Assembly: GCA_030167145.1 (NCBI GenBank)
Contig: CP126532.1
Location: 1,410,001 to 1,442,000, forward strand
DNA from: Ktedonobacterales bacterium
GTDB lineage: Bacteria > Chloroflexota > Ktedonobacteria > Ktedonobacterales > JADMIN01
Direction: 5' to 3'
DNA: 32,000 nt
Positions 26,727 through 32,000 of this stretch are shown here, in pieces. The position numbers were made by a program, and so were the translations under genes. Each line of letters starts with the position of its first letter. Within the stretch, counting starts at the first letter, position 1. Under the pieces are notes generated by a model. That model did not search any database, was not told the DNA's origin, and was given only the letters and a program-made list of their open reading frames with translations.

Positions 26727-27314
26727 ATGAACGACGAGCGAGACCTGCCGGTCACCGGGGACGCGAACAGCTTTGCTGCCATCGTGCCGCTCTATGCCGC
26801 TGCCATGCTGCGCCTCGCCGCCGCGCTCCTTGGCCCAGCGGAAGCCGAAGACGCCGTGCAAGAGGCCTCGCTGCGCGCGTGGCAAGCCTGGTCCACACTG
26901 CGCAATGTGGATGCGGTGCGCCCCTGGCTGCTGCAAATCACCCTGAACGTCTGTCGGCAGTGGCGGCGTGGCCTCAAAGGGCGGCAACAGGCGCACATGC
27001 AGCCGCTGCCCGACGATGCCGATGCCGAGCAAGTCCATCCTCTTGCTTTGCTCGATGCCGACCCTGGCACGAGCAATCATACCGGGGCGCTGGACCTGCG
27101 GGCCGCCATCAATGCGCTTCCCAGTGACCTGCGTATCGTCGTCGTCCTGCGCTTCTATGCTGGTCTCGACGCCACCGAGATTGGGCGGGTGCTCAGCATT
27201 CCGGCGGGCACGGTGCGTTCGCGGCTGCATCGCGCCTTCACGCGGATGCGCGACCAACTCCAGCCGCCTGGCCTGGCGCATACCACGTTCCCTGAGAAGG
27301 AGGGCCGCTCATGA
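26727..27314 (+). CDS. ECF-type (sigma-70 family group 4) RNA polymerase sigma factor
   Basis: Region 2 reads AEDAVQEASLRAWQAW..LRNVDAVRPWLLQITLNVCRQWRR. Region 4 reads LPSDLRIVVVLRFYAGLDATEIGRVLSIPAGTVRSRLHRAFTRMR. Confidence 0.9.
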   Translation: MNDERDLPVTGDANSFAAIVPLYAAAMLRLAAALLGPAEAEDAVQEASLRAWQAWSTLRNVDAVRPWLLQITLNVCRQWRRGLKGRQQAHMQPLPDDADAEQVHPLALLDADPGTSNHTGALDLRAAINALPSDLRIVVVLRFYAGLDATEIGRVLSIPAGTVRSRLHRAFTRMRDQLQPPGLAHTTFPEKEGRS

Positions 27315-28471
27315 GCGAAGAGCCAAACGCCCTCAACCATCATCATCGGCCTGACGAATCAACTTCTGATCTCATGCTTCCTCCTGAATTCGAGGAACTC
27401 GCAGCGCGCCTGACCGCTGACGGTGCCGCATGGCAGCGTCACCTGCCAGATTCAGCGCGAGCGGCCGGGCGTATCCGTGCCATCCCGCATACCTCACCGC
27501 TCACTGCCTCTGAAGGAGGTGTTCCTATGTCTCAAGATATGCAGTATCCGCCCACGCCTACTCGCCCAAACCCTGACAACCGACGACAGCCAACGGGCGC
27601 GCGACGCTCGCGGGGCATCCTGGCGCTGGTCGCTGCGGTAGTCGTGGTATCGCTGTTTGCTACCGTGCTGGTAACGCTGGCGAATCAACGGAGCCAAACC
27701 GCCGGGCAGCCAACGCCGTCTCTATCGGTACCGACCCAGCCCATCCCGCCCACAGGCGTCTCGCCCACGAGCACCCCGCCCGCCACACCGACCATGGCCT
27801 CAGGCGCGTTCACCGTCACATCGGTCACGATGGCGGTCACGCCCGCATCAATCGCCAATACCTATTGTGGGGCGCAGATGACCGTGACCTATACGGCAAC
27901 CATGCACGTCGCGCCCAACAGCCCCGGCGGGACCGTCCAGTTCGGCTATACCATCAACAACGGCCGTGGACAGACCAATACCAGCCTCACGTTCAACCCA
28001 GGCGACACCAGCAAAACATACACCTTTACATGGAGCGGCGCGCTGCCCGCCGATCATACCTATCCTCAGCCAGGCGGCGTACAGGTGACCAGCCCCAATC
28101 AACTAACCTCAGCCCTGCTCGCGCCCACGGGCCAGTGTACCCCTGTGACGGCCCCGACCTGCGGCGCCAATTTCTCTGGCCAGCCCTATCAGAATACGCT
28201 GACGACCGATTTTGGCACCGTGCCGCTGCCGCCATACTCGCTCACAGTGCCCGATGACGCCTCCGGCGGACAGCGCGGCGCCGATGTGTGCAGCGCGGGA
28301 ACCACCGCAATGGTCACCGCGTTCATGGAGCAAAATCTGCCCGCTTATGGCTGGACGTTCGTGAGCAAGAGCGGCGGCATCGAGACCTGGCAGAGTAGCA
28401 AAGGCACGATCAACGTGAACATTGCTGATCCGCTCAACTGGATCATCAGTTGGCGTGTGCCGCTCGGATAA
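27311..28471 (+). CDS. Single-pass membrane protein translationally coupled to the ECF sigma factor (putative anti-sigma factor)
   Basis: ATGA start/stop overlap at 27311..27314. It has a ~105-aa cytoplasmic N-terminus, TM ILALVAAVVVVSLFATVLVTLA, a Pro/Thr linker and a ~230-aa Cys-containing ectodomain. No HxxxCxxC zinc anti-sigma motif is visible. Confidence 0.7.
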   Translation: MSEEPNALNHHHRPDESTSDLMLPPEFEELAARLTADGAAWQRHLPDSARAAGRIRAIPHTSPLTASEGGVPMSQDMQYPPTPTRPNPDNRRQPTGARRSRGILALVAAVVVVSLFATVLVTLANQRSQTAGQPTPSLSVPTQPIPPTGVSPTSTPPATPTMASGAFTVTSVTMAVTPASIANTYCGAQMTVTYTATMHVAPNSPGGTVQFGYTINNGRGQTNTSLTFNPGDTSKTYTFTWSGALPADHTYPQPGGVQVTSPNQLTSALLAPTGQCTPVTAPTCGANFSGQPYQNTLTTDFGTVPLPPYSLTVPDDASGGQRGADVCSAGTTAMVTAFMEQNLPAYGWTFVSKSGGIETWQSSKGTINVNIADPLNWIISWRVPLG

Positions 28472-28494
28472 GGGGAGCGAACAGCTACCGAACA

Positions 28495-29532
28495 TCACGA
28501 GAAACGCTTGATGAGCGCCAGCGCTTGCAGCTTCACGGGTTGCCTATGGGCTGAGCGCTCACCACCGCGATAGATCTCATCGTAGTGCTGGACATACCAA
28601 TCGTAGGCGTCTATCAGCATCTGCGTGTTGGTCCTGGTGGGTCGCCACCCCAGTTCGCTCTTGATGCGTGTCGTGTCGAAGACGAAGCTCTCCGCCAGCA
28701 TCTTGTAATGATAGGGGCCAAGTGGCGACATGCCCAGCAGATGCAGCATCCGCATCGCAGCGACCGCGGGCGGTTTCGGCAGGCGGGCTACTCGCGCTTT
28801 CGTGCCCGCGTGCGTGATAACCGATTCATACATCCCGCGCAGTGTCGGCACATCATCTGACCCAATATTGAAGAGGTGGAAGCCAGGGTAGGCAATGGCG
28901 CGCTCCATTGCGTCAATCAAATCCTCAGCCGCGATGAACTGGTAGCGATTGGAGCCGTCACCCAAGATCCACACTTTGCGCCCTTCATAGATGAATTCGT
29001 AGAGAATAGAGAGCAATCCCAGTCTTCCACCCGCCATGATCGTCGGGCAGCGGATCATGGTGATGTTGATGCGGTCTTTGAATTGCTCCAACTCCTGCTC
29101 GCCGTGCCACTTGGTGACGCCGTAGATCTCCAAGGGATTGATCCGGTCGTCTTCCTTCACCGGTTGCGAGAACGGCTTGCCGACCACGCAGTTGCTCGAC
29201 GTGTAGACCAGATGCTGTACGCCGTGGCTCACCGCCGCCCGCGCGATAGTGCGCGTGCCCATCACGTTGGAATCTATCAGGTCACGTTTATCTTTGATGG
29301 CGTGGGCGAGCATGGCCGCAACATGGAAAACGCCGTCAAACGGACCATGCTGCTGGAATGCTGCTTCGACGGCTTCCGGCTGTCGCAGGTCAACCTGCGC
29401 GAACGCGAAGCGCTCTGCGAGTGCTGTATCGTAGATGCGGTCGAGAATGACGACTTCATGTCCGTGTTGCGCGAGCGTTTCGCTGAGCAGGCTACCAAGG
29501 AAGCCAGCGCCGCCAGTGACGAGATACCGCAT
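28495..29532 (-). CDS. NAD-dependent epimerase/dehydratase (extended SDR family)
   Basis: GGAGACGG RBS precedes ATG 29532 (MRYLVTGGAGFLGS...). It has the Rossmann motif TGGAGFLG, the catalytic YGVTK (YxxxK) and SSNCVVG. Confidence 0.9.
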   Translation of the reverse strand: MRYLVTGGAGFLGSLLSETLAQHGHEVVILDRIYDTALAERFAFAQVDLRQPEAVEAAFQQHGPFDGVFHVAAMLAHAIKDKRDLIDSNVMGTRTIARAAVSHGVQHLVYTSSNCVVGKPFSQPVKEDDRINPLEIYGVTKWHGEQELEQFKDRINITMIRCPTIMAGGRLGLLSILYEFIYEGRKVWILGDGSNRYQFIAAEDLIDAMERAIAYPGFHLFNIGSDDVPTLRGMYESVITHAGTKARVARLPKPPAVAAMRMLHLLGMSPLGPYHYKMLAESFVFDTTRIKSELGWRPTRTNTQMLIDAYDWYVQHYDEIYRGGERSAHRQPVKLQALALIKRFS

Positions 29533-29546
29533 AGCCACCGTCTCCG

Positions 29547-31064
29547 CTACTTCTCGACTGGGGCGAGCGTCGGCACGAGGCGTCCACTCATGTCGGCGTC
29601 GGTGATGCGGCTCTCCTCGTGGTACTCGGCGTCGGTATTGACCTTCCACGGGTCGTAGTGCGTGCCCAATGCGATATTGCGCGCGGCCAGCAGCGCCGTC
29701 ATCATCGAGTGGTCCTGGTTATTGTAGTGGTGCATGCCGTTGCGGCCCACCAAACTCAGATTCGGCAGCGCCGTGTCCAGATACTCCTTGATGACGCTCA
29801 GGTGCTGCTTGTACACATCGTCGTAGACTGGGTACGCCTTCGGCTGGCGCACCACCACGCCCCAGGCCACCTCCTCCGCCTGGCACATGCCAAGCTGCGC
29901 CAGCTCGCGCCGCGCCAGTTCCACCAGCGCCTCATCGCTCGCACTCCAGAGTCCATCGCCCTCGAAGCAGAAGTATTCCAGGCCCAGGCAGGTCGTCTTG
30001 GGGTCGGCTACCATATAGGGACTCCAGTTCTTGAAGCCCTGGATGCGGCCAACTTTCACCGTCGGGTCATGGATGTAGATCCAGTTGTCGGGGAAGACCG
30101 ACTCGCGGTTGACCACCACCGCCACCGTCAGGAAGTCCCGGTATTTCAGGCTGTTCGCCGCCTGGCGCACCGGCTCCGGCAGCGCGGGGTCCATTTTATT
30201 GATGAGTTCGCGCACCGGCAACGTAGAGATGAAATGCGTTCCGGTCACATCGCGCCGCTCGCCGCTCGCGTCCACCGCTGTCACGCGCGTCACGCGCCCA
30301 TCCACATGATGTATCGCTTCAACCGACTGCCCCAGCGCCACCTCGTCGCCGTGCGCCAGCAGCAGATCGCGCACACGCTCCCACATCTGCCCAGGACCAA
30401 ACCGCGGATAGCGGAACTCATCTATCAACGTTGTAATCACCGCGCCGCGCTGCTTGCCCTGCTTCTGCGGCAGCAGCGCGTTCTTGATCGCCTCGCTCAG
30501 GTTCAGTCCTTTGATGCGCTGCGCCGCCCAGTCCGCCGAGAGCGCGCTGGTGCTCATGCCCCACACCTTCTCGGTGTACGTCTTGAAGAAGATGCTGAAG
30601 AGCCGGTGGCCAAACTGATTGCTCACCCACTCCTCTAAGGTCTTCGGATTTTTCACCGGGCGGATGCGCGCCCAGGCGTAGCTGGACATGCAGCGCACCG
30701 TCTCCACTGGCCCCAGATTGAGCAGCGCATTCGTGGCTTTGAGCGGGTAATCGAAGTATTTGCCGCGATAGTAGATGCGCGAGAGCCGCCCGCAGGTGAG
30801 CAGCTCATCGCCCAGCACCTCGGTCCAGAGATCCTCGACCTCCTGACTCTTGCTGAAGAAGCGATGGCCGCCGATGTCGAAGCGATAGCCGCGATGCTCC
30901 ACTGTGCGCGAGATTCCGCCGACGAAGCGCGGATCCTGTTCGAGGACCACCACGGGAACGTCGTGCTTCATCAGCTCATACGCCGCCGTCAGCCCCGCCG
31001 GACCCGCCCCCATCACCACCACCCGCGTCGCCGTATCGGCCTGTGTCCGCGCTCCCGCTGCCAT
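29547..31064 (-). CDS. FAD/NAD(P)-dependent oxidoreductase (amine-oxidase / UDP-galactopyranose-mutase-like fold)
   Basis: AAGGA RBS precedes ATG 31064. Dinucleotide motif VVVMGAGPAGLTAAYEL..VVVLEQ. Conserved blocks are GGHRFFSK, FFKTYTEKVWG and LVGRNGMHHYNNQDHSM. Confidence 0.9.
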   Translation of the reverse strand: MAAGARTQADTATRVVVMGAGPAGLTAAYELMKHDVPVVVLEQDPRFVGGISRTVEHRGYRFDIGGHRFFSKSQEVEDLWTEVLGDELLTCGRLSRIYYRGKYFDYPLKATNALLNLGPVETVRCMSSYAWARIRPVKNPKTLEEWVSNQFGHRLFSIFFKTYTEKVWGMSTSALSADWAAQRIKGLNLSEAIKNALLPQKQGKQRGAVITTLIDEFRYPRFGPGQMWERVRDLLLAHGDEVALGQSVEAIHHVDGRVTRVTAVDASGERRDVTGTHFISTLPVRELINKMDPALPEPVRQAANSLKYRDFLTVAVVVNRESVFPDNWIYIHDPTVKVGRIQGFKNWSPYMVADPKTTCLGLEYFCFEGDGLWSASDEALVELARRELAQLGMCQAEEVAWGVVVRQPKAYPVYDDVYKQHLSVIKEYLDTALPNLSLVGRNGMHHYNNQDHSMMTALLAARNIALGTHYDPWKVNTDAEYHEESRITDADMSGRLVPTLAPVEK

Positions 31065-31273
31065 GTCGTATCCTTGCCTACCGTGACTAGTTGCTCGCCG
31101 CTACAACACCCGATCCAAAGTTGCATGTTCGCTGCGCCAGTATAGCACCTTTGGCAATGATGTACTCATAAATGCGTACCCCATCCACATGGCAGGGTAT
31201 AGTACATGTCGCACATGCCGGGAGAACATAGGTGACGAGTGAAGGGCAATGCTTCGTGTCTGAGCCACAACGA

Positions 31274-32000
31274 ATGAGGCATATCGTGTCCGATATGCGG
31301 CAAGGCGTGGCGCGCACTCTCGTGAGTCTGACCCAGGCGGCATTTCGCCATCTACGCGCCATGCGCTGGCATCACTACGTCTTCCTCTGCCTCTTTCTGG
31401 GGGCGGCGTTGCAGCACCTCTACGATCTCGGCCATCTCTATATCGCGCCCTGGGATGAAGCCGTACACGCCGTCGTCTCCGAGCATCTTGCGCTCCATCC
31501 GCTGCAACCCACGCTCTACGAAATCGCCGCGTTGCCGCCCCCATATCCAACAGATTGGACCTCCTTCCACATCTGGCTGCACATCCCACCTTTTGGCATG
31601 TGGGCCTCGGCGCTCAGCATGCGCCTGCTGGGCGACACACCCTTTGCCCTGCGGCTCCCCGGCGTCTTCTTCGTCCTCGGCGGCATGCTCGTCACCTATC
31701 TGCTGGGACGACGCCTGTTCCACCCCATCGTGGGGCTGGTGGGCGCGGCATTCGCTGGTTTCGCGCCGTATCCACTGCTCATCAGCCAGGGCTACGTCTT
31801 CGGCGACAACACCGAAACACCGCTGATGCTGCTGACCCCGCTGGCGATACTGGCGCTGGTCTGGGGCTACCGCAGCGGACGCTATCGCTGGCTGGCGCTC
31901 GCTGGCATATTCCAGGGACTCTGCTATCTCACCAAAGGCGCGCTGGGACTCGCCCCCACCGGCGTCGCGCTGGCGCTCATCGCGGGCGAGTGGCTTTTCC
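31274..32000 (+). CDS. GT-C fold glycosyltransferase, ArnT/PMT-like (GT39/GT83-type), N-terminal part; continues past the right edge
   Basis: Absent from the track because it is open-ended. This frame has no stop from 31232 to the window end. It reads ...MRWHHYVFLCLFLGAALQHLYDLGHLYIAPWDEAVHAVVSEH...PPFGMWASALSMRLLGDTPFALRLPGVFFVLGGMLVTYLLGRRLF..., with the first-loop WDE..H acidic motif and several TM helices. The start is ambiguous: GTG 31232 after GGAG, or ATG 31274, 31295 or 31361. Confidence 0.8.
   Translation, partial: MRHIVSDMRQGVARTLVSLTQAAFRHLRAMRWHHYVFLCLFLGAALQHLYDLGHLYIAPWDEAVHAVVSEHLALHPLQPTLYEIAALPPPYPTDWTSFHIWLHIPPFGMWASALSMRLLGDTPFALRLPGVFFVLGGMLVTYLLGRRLFHPIVGLVGAAFAGFAPYPLLISQGYVFGDNTETPLMLLTPLAILALVWGYRSGRYRWLALAGIFQGLCYLTKGALGLAPTGVALALIAGEWLF

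Noticed and set aside
26481-27281. N-terminal 267 aa of the 967-aa track ORF 24378..27281 (-)
   Set aside because: This extension crosses the AT-richer intergenic region and runs antisense through the ECF sigma gene. The GDE homology begins at MTSPTPSPL (ATG 26480), which has an AAGGAG RBS, so the upstream part is artefactual.
28876-30638. Plus-strand ORFs 28876..29658 (260 aa) and 29619..30638 (339 aa)
   Set aside because: They are antisense to the SDR epimerase and FAD oxidoreductase genes, which have unambiguous Rossmann and FAD motifs. The composition is Arg/His/Val-rich shadow sequence.
31101-31723. Minus-strand ORFs 31101..31589 and 31352..31723, and plus-strand ORF 31455..31826
   Set aside because: They overlap an open-ended plus-strand frame that encodes a convincing multi-TM GT-C glycosyltransferase N-terminus. 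These ORFs have shadow-type composition.

Overview
GC-rich bacterial chromosomal window. The gene content and Pro-rich membrane tails suggest Chloroflexota or Actinomycetota, but that guess is low confidence. I support about 31 protein-coding genes and found no rRNA, tRNA, CRISPR array, transposase or integrase. Many long ORFs in the track are antisense 'shadow' ORFs, typical of high-GC DNA, and I rejected them. Several real genes start downstream of the longest-ORF start, at an ATG, GTG or TTG preceded by a GGAGG-like RBS.

Layout:
- GH15 hydrolase N-terminus (partial, left edge)
- FHA-PrsW protease fusion (+)
- Tightly packed seven-gene minus-strand operon (2832-10307): ABC ATPase, FtsX-type permease, vWA/MIDAS protein, membrane PP2C, tail-anchored kinase-like protein, triple Cys-repeat surface protein, small membrane protein
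- Ornithine cyclodeaminase
- MshB/Mca-like PIG-L deacetylase and two DinB proteins
- Zinc-ribbon/Hsp20/Lon heat-shock operon
- Duplicated-domain membrane protein
- GT87-like glycosyltransferase
- DUF433/PIN-like toxin-antitoxin pair and a YbaK deacylase
- PQQ-type beta-propeller protein
- Glycogen debranching enzyme
- ECF sigma factor with a coupled membrane partner
- Envelope-glycan locus: SDR epimerase, FAD oxidoreductase and a GT-C glycosyltransferase (partial, right edge)

The best candidate for an undescribed system is the seven-gene operon. It joins a vWA-PP2C-kinase triad to an FtsEX/MacB-type ABC module and a surface repeat protein. It lies tail-to-tail with a phosphothreonine-reader (FHA) fused to an intramembrane protease. 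All functional calls rest on motif recognition by eye; no database search was run.
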